Source: Thermoplasmata archaeon (lineage in GTDB: Archaea; Thermoplasmatota; SW-10-69-26; JACQPN01; JAJPHT01). From it: a DNA stretch of 64,000 nt. A program made the position numbers and the translations under genes. Shown here piece by piece: positions 1 to 9,058 of this stretch (position 1 is its first letter; the number at the start of each line of letters is the position of its first letter). Location: positions 84,043 through 148,042 of the forward strand of contig JAXDQU010000106.1 in the NCBI GenBank assembly GCA_034667685.1, written 5' to 3'. The notes below the pieces were generated by a model that saw nothing but the letters and a program-made list of their open reading frames with translations, was not told the DNA's origin and made no database searches.

Positions 1-1952
1 GCGGTGGGATGCCACGAGCGCGGGCCGAGGATCGCGAAGCCCAGGTCGCCCGCGCGCGGCGTGCCGCCCAGGCGGTGCGCGAGCGCGCGGGCGAGCGGCT
101 CGTGCGCGCGCCGGCCGGCGACGCCGTGCACCACGAGCGCGCGGCGGCCGTCGTGGTGAAGGAACGTCTCGGCCGGGACGCCGTCGAGGAAAGCCGGTAG
201 GGAAGCCCGCCAACGCAAGAACGCATTCCAAGCCTCGGCTGTATCGGTACTGACGTAACCCGGTGAGCCGAATAGCATCTGGCGCGTGGCGTCGGCCACG
301 AGCGGCGTCATGCCGAGCCCCTCGCCGCTCCACTCCGGGACCGTGGCCTCCTTCCCGCGCGCGGGCGCCACGTGTAGCGCGCGCCCCACGCGGGCGAGGT
401 ACGTCCAGTTGCGCCCGCCGAGGCGGAAGACGTCGCCCTCGTCGAGGAACGCGGCGAAGTCAGCCTCGATCTCGCCCACGAACCGCTCGCCTTCGAGCAC
501 GCGGACCCGCGCGTCGTCGGGGATCGTCCCCGCCTGCACGTGGTACGTCATGCGCGCGTTGCCGCGGCGCGCGAAGGTGGCGCCCTCGCGCCGCACGTAG
601 GGCTCGCTCGCGAGCGCCCGGTCGTGGGATGCCGCGTCGAGCGCGCGGTAGGGCCACGCGCGGCGCACGAGCGCGCGCTCGGCCTCGACGTCGCGCGGGC
701 CCGCGAGCGCGGCGCCCACGGCGTCCTGCGCGAGCACGTCGAGCGGCGTGGGCGGGATGCGCAGGGGCTCCAGCGCGCGCTGGGCGACGAGCCGCTGGAG
801 CGCGAACGCCTCCGCGAGGTCGGCCGGGTCCTCCACGAGGAGCGTGCCCTCGGGGCGCTCGCCCACGGCGTGGCGGCTGCGGCCGAGGCGCTGCACCGCG
901 CGGGCGCACGAGCGCGGGCTTCCGAGCAGCACGACGTGGTCCACGGACTTGATATCGAGGCCGAGCTCCAGGCTGCTGCTCGCGACGACGCAGCGCAGCT
1001 CGCCCCGCGCGAGGCGCGCCTCCACGCGTTGCCGCTCCTCGCGGCTCATGCTGCCGTGGTGCGTCTCGACCTGCCGGGGCTCGTCCTCCTGGCCCAATGC
1101 CATCGCGATCTCCTCGGCGCGGGCGCGCGTGTTGGTGAAGACGATGGTGGTCGCGTGCGCGGCGACGATCGCGCGGAGCTTCGCCAGCAGCGCGTCCCTG
1201 GTCTCGCCGTCCCGCGCGCGCACCGGGTCCGGGTGGGCCAGCGCGACGTGCAGGAGCGGCGCCTGCGCGGCCGGGACGTGGACGATCCGGCAGGGCCGGC
1301 CGCCCGTGAGGAACGCGGCCGCCTCCTCCAGCGGGGTGACGGTGGCGGAGAGGCCGATGCGCACCGGCGGCGCGGGCGTCATGGCCTCCAGGCGCTCCAG
1401 CGAGAGGGCGAGCTGCGCGCCGCGCTTCTTGGGCGCGAGGTCGTGCACCTCGTCCACGAGGACCCAGCGCACGCCCGCGAGCAGGTCGCGCCAGCGCGGC
1501 GAGACCAGCAGCAGCGCGAGCGACTCCGGCGTCGTCACGAGGACGTGGGGCGGCGCGCGGAGCATGCGGGCGCGCTCGCGGGGCTCGGTGTCGCCGGTGC
1601 GGATCGCCACGCGGACCTCCGGCGCGGGGAGGCCGTGCGCGAGGGCGTGGGCGCGGATGCCCGCGAGCGGCGCCTCCAGGTTGCGCGCCACGTCGTTGAC
1701 GAGCGCTTTCAACGGAGAGACGTAGATCGCCTGCGGGCCCGCGGGGAGCGCGTCGCCCTGGCGTGATAGCTCCGAGAGGAGCCAGAGGAAGCCCGCGAGC
1801 GTCTTGCCGCTGCCGGTGGGGCTCGCGATGAGCAGGTGCTCGCCCGCCGCCAGCGCGGGGATGGCCTGCGCCTGCGCGGGGGTCGGCGTGCCGAACGTCG
1901 CGCGGAACCACGAGGCGACCGGCGCGTGCAGCCGCGCGAGCGGGTCCTCCAT
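1..1952 (-). CDS. lhr: Lhr-like SF2 DEAD/DEAH helicase, 3' end runs off the window
   Basis: Manual translation from ATG at 1952: MEDPLARLHAPVASWFRATFGTPTPAQAQAIP...SPTGSGKT (Walker A), TTPESL, VDEVHD, GLSAT, HHGSMS, SSLELGLD, QRLGRS. The frame stays open to position 1, so it is absent from the ORF track. Confidence 0.9.
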   Translation of the reverse strand, partial: MEDPLARLHAPVASWFRATFGTPTPAQAQAIPALAAGEHLLIASPTGSGKTLAGFLWLLSELSRQGDALPAGPQAIYVSPLKALVNDVARNLEAPLAGIRAHALAHGLPAPEVRVAIRTGDTEPRERARMLRAPPHVLVTTPESLALLLVSPRWRDLLAGVRWVLVDEVHDLAPKKRGAQLALSLERLEAMTPAPPVRIGLSATVTPLEEAAAFLTGGRPCRIVHVPAAQAPLLHVALAHPDPVRARDGETRDALLAKLRAIVAAHATTIVFTNTRARAEEIAMALGQEDEPRQVETHHGSMSREERQRVEARLARGELRCVVASSSLELGLDIKSVDHVVLLGSPRSCARAVQRLGRSRHAVGERPEGTLLVEDPADLAEAFALQRLVAQRALEPLRIPPTPLDVLAQDAVGAALAGPRDVEAERALVRRAWPYRALDAASHDRALASEPYVRREGATFARRGNARMTYHVQAGTIPDDARVRVLEGERFVGEIEADFAAFLDEGDVFRLGGRNWTYLARVGRALHVAPARGKEATVPEWSGEGLGMTPLVADATRQMLFGSPGYVSTDTAEAWNAFLRWRASLPAFLDGVPAETFLHHDGRRALVVHGVAGRRAHEPLARALAHRLGGTPRAGDLGFAILGPRSWHPT

Positions 1953-1976
1953 GCGCCGATCCAGAGCGCTTCCGGG

Positions 1977-4900
1977 CTAAAGCCTTCTCCGGAGGTCGCC
2001 GCGAGTGCCCAGCGCGGCCAGCGCGAGCGCGGCCAGCGGCGCGAGGACGGGCATCGGCGCGTCGTGCGGGCTGGCCGGGGGTGGCGTGCCGTCCGTGCCC
2101 CAGCCCGAGAAGCGCGAGTCGCCCAGCGGGCGCACGATGCGGACGCTCCAGCCGCGGGCTTCGCTCGCCGCGCCCTCGGGGCCCACGGCGCGCAGGGCGA
2201 CGTCGTGGTGCCCGGCCGGCAGGTCGCGGGTGGTGGCGTCGAGGCGCCATTCGCCGCCGCTGGCGTTGAGCGGGGTCCACGTGCCCGCGTCGAGGCGCCA
2301 TTCGACGGTGCCGTTGTCCGCGAGGCGCCCCGCGGCGTGGACGAGGCCGTACGCGATGGGCGCGGGGGGCTCGTCGACGACGAGCGCGGGCGGGGGGCGC
2401 GCGACCTGGATCTCGACGCGCGCCTCCTTCTTGGCGTCGATGCCGTGGTAGGCGTCGACGAGCGCGACGTGGAGGCCGGGCGTCATGCCGCGCAGCGGGA
2501 CGGTGAAGGCGATCGGCTGGCCCACGACGTCCTGCCAGGGTCCCGCGTCGAGGCGCCAGCGGACGGCGGTGACGTTCTGCGGGTGGTAGGCGCTGCCCTG
2601 GAGGTCGTAGTCGGCGCCGACGGGGTCGAGGGGCGCGTTGGCCACGGTCAGGACGAGCGCCTGGTCCTGCGCGCCGTTGGCGATGGTGATCGGGACGCTG
2701 GCGAGGCCTTCGGCGCCGGCTTCGTCGACGACGCGGGCGACGAGCCGGTAGTCGCCGTCGGGGAACGCGGTGCTATCAAGGAGGAGCCGCCAGTTGGCGA
2801 GGCCCTGCGCGGGCATCCAGGGGGAGGGGCCCAGCGCGTAGGTGCGCGTGCCGGAGCGGAGCTGGACCTCCACCCGGGTGAGGTTGCGGGGGCCTTCGGC
2901 GTGGCCCAGGAGGGCGACGGAGCCGCGGAGCGGGTCGCTGGGGAGGGGTTTCCCGATGGCGATCGTGGGGGGCGCGAGGCTGGGCGGGGCGGGGTCGACC
3001 TGGATGGCGAGCTGGGCGGTGGCGGTGGCGCCTTCGTCGTCGAGGACGGTGAGCTTGGCGGCGTAGACGCCCGGCGCGGGGTAGACGAACGTGCAGCGGG
3101 TGGCGGCGCCGTCGCAGTCGGGGAGGCCGTCGCCGTCGGCGTCGAATTGATAGCGCGCGAGGCGGCCGTCGGGGTCGCGGCTCGCGTCGGCGACGAGCGT
3201 GAGGGGCCAGCCGGAGACGCCGGTGGGCGCGGTGAGGTTGGCCTGCGGGGGGACGTTGGCGATGCGCAGCGTGGTGTTGGCCTCCGCGGTGGCGCCGGCG
3301 GCGTTGCGCGCGACGAGGGAGACGACGTAGTCGCCCGCCCTGGCGTAGGCGTGCGTGGGCTCCAGCCCGGTCGCGTTCGTTCCGTCGCCGAAGTCCCACG
3401 CGAGCGAGGCGATCCCGCCCATGGCGTCGTTGCCCACGGCGCGGAACGAGACGGGCTCCAGCGCGCGCGGGTCGGCGGGCGCCGCGAGGATGGCGCGCAC
3501 CTGCGGCGCGGCGTCGCCCACGAGGATTTGGCGGGTCAGGTTGGCGCTCAGGCCCCAGTCGTCGGTGATCGTGAGCGTCACGTCGTACGCGCCGGGGGCG
3601 GGGAAGGCGTGCGCGACGTCGCGCCCCCAGGCGCCGAAGCTCCACGACCAGTTGACGATATCACCGTCGGGCTTGCGCGAGAGGTCGAGGAAGCCCACGG
3701 GCTCGCCGGCGCGCGGGGCCAGGGGCGCCCAGGTGAACGCCGGCGTGGGCGCGACGTCCTGCACGTCGACGAGCTGTGTCGCGGTCGCGGTGGCGCCGGG
3801 CGCGTCCTGCACGGTGAGGGAGACGACGTGCGGCCCGCGCGCGACGAAGCGGTGCGTGGGGCTCGCGTCCGCGCTGGCGGCTCCGTCGCCGAAATCCCAG
3901 TGGCGCGCCACGAGCTGCCCCTCGGGGTCGAACGAGTCGTCCTCGAAGCTCACCTCATCGAGCAGCGTGGGCGCGGCGGGCGCGAGGCGGAGGCGCGCGA
4001 CGGGCGGCGCGTTGGCGATGGCGACGAGCGCGCTGGCGACGGGGCTCGCGGCGCCGCGGTCGTCGTAGACGGTGAGGTTCGCGCGGTAGAGCCCCTCCTG
4101 CGCGTAGCGGTGCGCCACGCTTGGCGAGGCGCCGCTCGCGGTCGCGCCGTCGCCGAACTGCCAGGCGTAGCGGACCACGCGCCCGTCGGCGTCGGAGGCG
4201 TCGGCCCGGAACGAGGTGTCCGCGACCGCGAGCCCCGCGTCGACGTGGAGCGCGGCGATGGGGGCCCGGTTGAGGGCGACGAGCGAGGCGTCGAGCGTGG
4301 CGGCGCGGCCGTGGTCGTCGTGCGCGAGGACGCGCAGCGCGTGGCCGCCAGGCGAGGCGAGCGCGACCTGCGCGGTGGCGCCCCGCGCGACGTCGACGCC
4401 ATCGAGCGTCCAATGCGCGTCGGGATCGGCGGGCGCCAGGGAGAACGACAGCGGCGTCCCGGTGGGGCGCGGCGCCTCGTCGCCCGCGATGCCGGCGGAG
4501 CGGGGCGTCCGCACCGCGAAGGCGGACTCGCGCGGCGCGCCCTGCTGGCCGGCGCCGTCCACGGGCGTCGCGCGGACGACGTGCGTGCCCGAAAGGAGGC
4601 CGTCGACCTGCACCTGCCACGTCCACGCGCCGCCGTGCGCGGGTGCCGAGACGGGGGGCGCATCGTCGAGCGAGACGAGCACGCGCGCCGTGGAGGGGGA
4701 GACGACGCCGCGCGCGAGGATGCACGGCCCGGGGCACGAAGGATCGCCCGCGGAGCCGAACGCGTCGCCAGGTTGGGGCGCCTGGATCGCGAGCGTGGGC
4801 GGCGGGGTCGCGCCCGCGGCGACGTCGGACAGGGCCGGGAGGCTCGTCGCGTCGTCGCGGTGCGCGATCGCCACGAGGCGCGTGAGGCCCGCGGGGAGGT

Positions 4901-5498
4901 CGACGCTCGCGCGCCAGGCGGAGCCCACGAGCGTCGCGGGGATCGTCCGGTCGCCGACGCGCACCTCCACGCTCGTGGCGTTGAGCGCGAGCCCGGCGAC
5001 CTCGGTGGGGCCCGCGGGAAGCCCCGCGCCGTCGGGGGGCGCCGCGATGCGCGCGGTGGGGGGCGCGTCCGGCGCGGCGCGGACGAGGGCGCGCGCGGGC
5101 AGGGAGAACGAGTCGCCGTCCCAGGCACGGACCTCGAGAAGATGGTCGCCCGCGTCGAGGTCGAGCGGCGCGAGGAAGGGGACCTCGGGCGCGCCGCGGA
5201 CGACGTCGGGCAGGCTCTCCCAGCGGCCGCCATCGACGCGCAGCTCGACGTCGTGCACCGTCTGGCCCGGAGCGGCGCGCGCGTCCCCCGCGAGCGTCAC
5301 GTGGAGCGCCACGCCCTCGCCGTCCGCGGGCGCGTCGAGGCGGAGCGTGGGCGGCGCCGGAAGCGCATTGGCCGCGAGCGGATCCACGAGGAACGCCGCG
5401 AGGCGCGAGCCCTGGCCGATCACCAGCGGGATCGACGCGGCGAGGAGGACGCCCAGGACGAGGAGCGCAATCCACCCCGGCCGCTTCAGAGGAGGCAC
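1977..5498 (-). CDS. Large cell-surface protein with multiple PKD and Ig-like domains
   Basis: N-terminal signal/TM; repeated PKD motifs (WQFGDG, WDFGDG, H-x-Y...G-x-Y-x-V-x-LTV-x-D); C-terminal Pro linker, hydrophobic helix and basic tail (RRRL). Confidence 0.85.
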   Translation of the reverse strand: MPPLKRPGWIALLVLGVLLAASIPLVIGQGSRLAAFLVDPLAANALPAPPTLRLDAPADGEGVALHVTLAGDARAAPGQTVHDVELRVDGGRWESLPDVVRGAPEVPFLAPLDLDAGDHLLEVRAWDGDSFSLPARALVRAAPDAPPTARIAAPPDGAGLPAGPTEVAGLALNATSVEVRVGDRTIPATLVGSAWRASVDLPAGLTRLVAIAHRDDATSLPALSDVAAGATPPPTLAIQAPQPGDAFGSAGDPSCPGPCILARGVVSPSTARVLVSLDDAPPVSAPAHGGAWTWQVQVDGLLSGTHVVRATPVDGAGQQGAPRESAFAVRTPRSAGIAGDEAPRPTGTPLSFSLAPADPDAHWTLDGVDVARGATAQVALASPGGHALRVLAHDDHGRAATLDASLVALNRAPIAALHVDAGLAVADTSFRADASDADGRVVRYAWQFGDGATASGASPSVAHRYAQEGLYRANLTVYDDRGAASPVASALVAIANAPPVARLRLAPAAPTLLDEVSFEDDSFDPEGQLVARHWDFGDGAASADASPTHRFVARGPHVVSLTVQDAPGATATATQLVDVQDVAPTPAFTWAPLAPRAGEPVGFLDLSRKPDGDIVNWSWSFGAWGRDVAHAFPAPGAYDVTLTITDDWGLSANLTRQILVGDAAPQVRAILAAPADPRALEPVSFRAVGNDAMGGIASLAWDFGDGTNATGLEPTHAYARAGDYVVSLVARNAAGATAEANTTLRIANVPPQANLTAPTGVSGWPLTLVADASRDPDGRLARYQFDADGDGLPDCDGAATRCTFVYPAPGVYAAKLTVLDDEGATATAQLAIQVDPAPPSLAPPTIAIGKPLPSDPLRGSVALLGHAEGPRNLTRVEVQLRSGTRTYALGPSPWMPAQGLANWRLLLDSTAFPDGDYRLVARVVDEAGAEGLASVPITIANGAQDQALVLTVANAPLDPVGADYDLQGSAYHPQNVTAVRWRLDAGPWQDVVGQPIAFTVPLRGMTPGLHVALVDAYHGIDAKKEARVEIQVARPPPALVVDEPPAPIAYGLVHAAGRLADNGTVEWRLDAGTWTPLNASGGEWRLDATTRDLPAGHHDVALRAVGPEGAASEARGWSVRIVRPLGDSRFSGWGTDGTPPPASPHDAPMPVLAPLAALALAALGTRGDLRRRL

Positions 5499-5929
5499 GC
5501 CCCGTCGCCGCAGCCCGAGGAGAGGTCGGTGATCGTGAACGCCGCGGGCTCCTGGCCGCAGTCGACCTGATGGCCCGCGAGGCGGACCGTGATATCAAAA
5601 CGCGCGCCCGCGATCGGGTCGACGCTCAGCGTCCACGCCCCCTCGTCGAGGATCGCGCCCTGGCCCGGGAGCGGAAGCGGGGAGGAGATCGTGCGCTCGC
5701 CGTGGGTGGCGCGCATCGCGAAGAGCGCCGGGCCCGCCTCGGTGGCATCGACGCAGACCACGACGCCCGCGGGGACCTCGACGCGCCACGACGCGGCGTC
5801 GAGCGGGGTGGGGTCGGCCACGAGACCCCGGACGTGGCGCGTGGCGACCGAGGCGATCTCGCCGCCCGCGAGCGGAACGAGGAGCGCCGCGGCGACCAGG
5901 ATGGGGACAAGCCTCGCGCTGGCTCGCAT
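5486..5929 (-). CDS. Secreted hypothetical protein, upstream of and overlapping the PKD gene
   Basis: MRASARLVPILVAAALLVPLAGG signal peptide; typical codon usage. Confidence 0.65.
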   Translation of the reverse strand: MRASARLVPILVAAALLVPLAGGEIASVATRHVRGLVADPTPLDAASWRVEVPAGVVVCVDATEAGPALFAMRATHGERTISSPLPLPGQGAILDEGAWTLSVDPIAGARFDITVRLAGHQVDCGQEPAAFTITDLSSGCGDGACLL

Positions 5930-6220
5930 GCACGCCTCCACCCTGCCAGGCAGCCCGGACGGGGATACGGTTTCGCGTGTCACGCCGAGGTGCACGCAGC
6001 TTGTACGTGACTTCGGTGACTCAGACCGGCAGAACCGGACTCGCTTAACTCAGGCTCAGGAATGCCCATTTCTTTTTCCTTTTCTCTGGAACCGCCCGAA
6101 GAATGCGCTTCAGGCACCGGCGATCTCGGCCCGGCATTCCTGGCTGGTCGGGGCGAGGGCCTCTGGGCCGCCGGAGGGGCGAAACGAGGCGTATTCTAGT
6201 GCGAAATCCAAACCGGCCAG

Positions 6221-6266
6221 ATTTAACTAGGGAAGCAACTAGACGACCAACTAGGTGAGTCACTAG
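6221..6266 (+). promoter_or_regulatory. TATA-like box (ATTTAA) overlapping four (A/C)ACTAG boxes at 12-bp period
   Basis: AACTAG at 6225, 6237 and 6249, CACTAG at 6261, directly before the ATG at 6267; an extra CTAG at 6196. Confidence 0.7.
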
Positions 6267-6584
6267 ATGGGGCTCGAAACGCGCGTCTGGCGCACCGGAT
6301 TCGAATCCAACCTCCTCACGACCGTGCCGAAGGCCGTCCGCGTCCAGTTGAGCCTCGGGCCGGCGGACCGGCTGCGCTGGAACGTCGAGGGGGGTTACGC
6401 GCGGGTGACCAAGGCCGGGGCGGAGGAGGGGGAGGCCACCACCTACCGGCTCTACAAGCAGACGCGCGGGAACAGCCTCTACACCTCCCTCCCGGCCGCG
6501 GTCGCGGAGCAGCTCCGCATGAACGAGCGCTCCCGCGTCGAATGGGAGCTCCAGGGGACGGCCGCCCATGTCCGCCGCGCTTGA
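6267..6584 (+). CDS. Tandem AbrB/MazE/SpoVT-type (swapped-hairpin) DNA-binding protein
   Basis: Two internal AbrB-like repeats: LLTTVPKAVRVQLSLGPADRLRWNVEG and SLYTSLPAAVAEQLRMNERSRVEWELQG. Confidence 0.75.
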   Translation: MGLETRVWRTGFESNLLTTVPKAVRVQLSLGPADRLRWNVEGGYARVTKAGAEEGEATTYRLYKQTRGNSLYTSLPAAVAEQLRMNERSRVEWELQGTAAHVRRA

Positions 6585-7431
6585 CCGGCTCGGCAACGCC
6601 CCCGCCGTCCTCCTGGTCGAGGCGCCGCCCGACGCGAAGCGCTTCCGCGCGCTCACGCGCATCAGCGACGACAAGCTGCGCAGCATCCCGCAGCAGGCGC
6701 GCGAATGCGCCGCCTACGTCGAGGGCCTCGGCGCGCCCGCCGCGCTCGACGGCGTCTACAACGTCGGCGAGCACAGCGGCTTCAGCATGACCCAGAGCCC
6801 CATCTACCAGCAGCTTCTCGCCGACGCGCGCAACGGCCGGTTCCACGCGCTGGTCGTCCGCGACAGCAGCCGCCTGGGGCGCGACTACTGGGAGAAGATG
6901 GGCACGCTGCGCGACCTGCGCGCCGCCAAGATCGAGTTCCACGTCATCGAGGACGGCGGCGCGTTCGACTTCGAGGACCGCCTCCACAAGGTCAAGAGCT
7001 GGGCGAGCACGTGGGCCGACGAGGAGAAGAAGCGCGAGGAGATCCGCAAGTCGCTGCGCGCCACGCAAGCCTTGCGTGACATGGGCCTTCCCACCGGCCG
7101 CCCGCCCTACGGCTACCGCAGCGCGAAGGACGCCAGGCTGGGCCGGCGCGTCTGGCGGGCGGAGCCGCGCGAGGCCGACGCCGTGCGCGCCCTCTACGCC
7201 GCGCTCCTGGCCGAGCCCGCCGCCAACCTCAGCGCGCTGGGCCGCGAGCACGACCTCACGCCCAGCCAGGTCGACCGGATCCTCGGCAACCCGTGCTACC
7301 AGGGCGGTTTCCTCTGGGAGGGCGCATTCCGCGCCGCGGCGCCGGAGGTCGTGCCGGCGCTGGTGAGCCCGGAAGAGTTCGCGCGCGTCCAGGCCATCCG
7401 GGCCCAGCGTCGCCGCGCGCCGCGCGAGTGA
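6568..7431 (+). CDS. Serine recombinase (resolvase catalytic domain plus short recombinase DNA-binding domain)
   Basis: RIS catalytic motif, SIPQQ, SGF, RLGRD, G-x-P-x-G-x-PPYGY, IL-x-NP-x-Y-x-G, PALVSPEEF. Confidence 0.85.
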   Translation: MSAALDRLGNAPAVLLVEAPPDAKRFRALTRISDDKLRSIPQQARECAAYVEGLGAPAALDGVYNVGEHSGFSMTQSPIYQQLLADARNGRFHALVVRDSSRLGRDYWEKMGTLRDLRAAKIEFHVIEDGGAFDFEDRLHKVKSWASTWADEEKKREEIRKSLRATQALRDMGLPTGRPPYGYRSAKDARLGRRVWRAEPREADAVRALYAALLAEPAANLSALGREHDLTPSQVDRILGNPCYQGGFLWEGAFRAAAPEVVPALVSPEEFARVQAIRAQRRRAPRE

Positions 7432-7443
7432 ACGGCCGCGCCC

Positions 7444-8451
7444 TCACGGCGAGGGCTTCTGCTGCTGGAAGCCCAGGAGGACGTTCATGAGGTCCGGCGA
7501 GCGGATGCGTTGCGTCATCTCGCGGCGCTCCAGGATCTTCTGCACGTTCTCGAAGAGCGTCTCGTCGATGACGGGCGGGATCACGTGCGGCTCGGCGCGG
7601 ACGAACTCGCCCTTCCAGTTGAATCCGCCCGTGTAAGCGCGGTTGCGGAGGATCTTGCGCAGCAATTGCCGCGAGACGCCGAAGCGGCGGCTCAGGCTGC
7701 TGAACTCCTCGTAGGGCTCCTCGACGAGCGAGGCGAAGATGGCGCGCACCTTGGCGGCCTCGGGCGTCTGGCGCCACACCTTCCGCCGGGAGACGGGGTC
7801 GATGGCGGGCTCGTAGCCGTACGGGAGCGAGGTGGTGGGGAAGCGCGCGTCGCGGATCGCCTGGGTGGCGCGCATGCTCTTGCGGATCTCCTCGAGCTTC
7901 TTGCCCTCGTCGCCCCACGTGTTGGCGAACGAGCGCACCTTGCTCATGCTGTCCTCGTAGTCGAAGAAGCCGCCGTCCTCCAGGATGTGCAGCTCGACCT
8001 TGGCGCGGCGCAGGTCGCGGATGGTGCCCATCTTCTCCCAGTAGTCGCGGCCCAGGCGCGCGCCGTCGCGGGCCACGAGCGCGTCGAACTGCCCGGCCTC
8101 CGCGTCGTGGAGGACCTGGCTCATGATGGGGCTCTGGTCGATCTTGAAGCCGCTGTGCTCGCCGAGGCTGTAGACGCGGTCGATGATGCCGCCGATCTCC
8201 TCGGCGTCGGCGCGGCGCGCGCCCGCGACGGCGTCGCCCCAGGCGTAGCGGACGCACTCCTTGACCTGCTGGGGGATCGAGAGCAGCTTGTCGTCGCTGA
8301 TGCGCACGAGGACGCGGAAGACCTTCGAGCCGCGGGCCTTGAGCGCGGCGGTCTCTTCGGGACGGAGGAGGTCGATCACGCGCGGCTCACGGTCGTCGGC
8401 GTCCTTCAGGCGCCGGTCGACCTCCGCAAGAAACGCGTCCAGGGTGTGCAT
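7444..8451 (-). CDS. Serine recombinase, convergent paralog of 6568-7431
   Basis: VRISDDKLLSIPQQ, GEHSGF, RLGRDYWEKMGT, PYGY, ILRNRAYTG, PVIDETLF. Confidence 0.85.
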   Translation of the reverse strand: MHTLDAFLAEVDRRLKDADDREPRVIDLLRPEETAALKARGSKVFRVLVRISDDKLLSIPQQVKECVRYAWGDAVAGARRADAEEIGGIIDRVYSLGEHSGFKIDQSPIMSQVLHDAEAGQFDALVARDGARLGRDYWEKMGTIRDLRRAKVELHILEDGGFFDYEDSMSKVRSFANTWGDEGKKLEEIRKSMRATQAIRDARFPTTSLPYGYEPAIDPVSRRKVWRQTPEAAKVRAIFASLVEEPYEEFSSLSRRFGVSRQLLRKILRNRAYTGGFNWKGEFVRAEPHVIPPVIDETLFENVQKILERREMTQRIRSPDLMNVLLGFQQQKPSP

Positions 8452-8499
8452 CCGAGGCTTAACACCCGGAGCGCGATGAAGAAGGTGCCGATGTTGAAA

Positions 8500-9018
8500 T
8501 CAGGCGACGCTCTCGGGCCGGCCCGCGAAGAGCGCGGCGAGCCCCCAGCCCAGCGGGACGAGGACGTTGCCGAACATGAACGCGAAGACGCCTTCCTGCG
8601 CGTCGCCCACGAGCCAGAGGATGCCGGTGACGCAGGCGATGGCGAGGCCGGCGCGCGCCACGCTCAGCGTCGCCGCGCCGCGCCGGGCGCCGTAGGCCGC
8701 GATCGCGAGGCCGAGCGCGGAGCCGAGGGTGGCGAGGGTCACGGGCCCGACGTTGGTGAGGTGGCCCTGCGCGGCGTAGGCGACGATGTAGCCGACGTGC
8801 GCGGCGGCGGCGACGGCGAGGCCGACCGGGCTGGCGGCGTTCTGGCCCTCGGCGTCGGTGTAGAACCCGAACGCGGCGATGGCGAGGCCGATGCCCGCGA
8901 CGAGGACCATCAACGCGGGAAAGAGGCCGTGGTCCACGCCCAGGAAGGCGATCGCCCATTGGGCTTCGCCCACGCCGGCCAGCGCCAGCGCGATGGCCGT
9001 GAGAAGGCCCGTCCGCAT
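8500..9018 (-). CDS. Multi-pass membrane protein of unknown function
   Basis: About six hydrophobic segments; TTAA box about 25 nt upstream of the start. Confidence 0.7.
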   Translation of the reverse strand: MRTGLLTAIALALAGVGEAQWAIAFLGVDHGLFPALMVLVAGIGLAIAAFGFYTDAEGQNAASPVGLAVAAAAHVGYIVAYAAQGHLTNVGPVTLATLGSALGLAIAAYGARRGAATLSVARAGLAIACVTGILWLVGDAQEGVFAFMFGNVLVPLGWGLAALFAGRPESVA

Positions 9019-9058
9019 GGGGGATATCCTTCTCCAGCCCCGCTTAAGCCAACCGGAA

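Noticed and set aside
200-290. Lower-GC patch inside lhr as an intron, intein or insertion
   Set aside because: The frame stays open, the patch is short, and no intein or bulge-helix-bulge signature was seen.
1836-5570. Very long antisense or alternative-frame ORFs (1836-5570 +, 16393-20214 -, 27728-31579 +, 58817-61402 - and many more)
   Set aside because: Shadow ORFs typical of high-GC DNA: Arg/Gly/Ala-rich, no motifs, overlapping well-supported genes.
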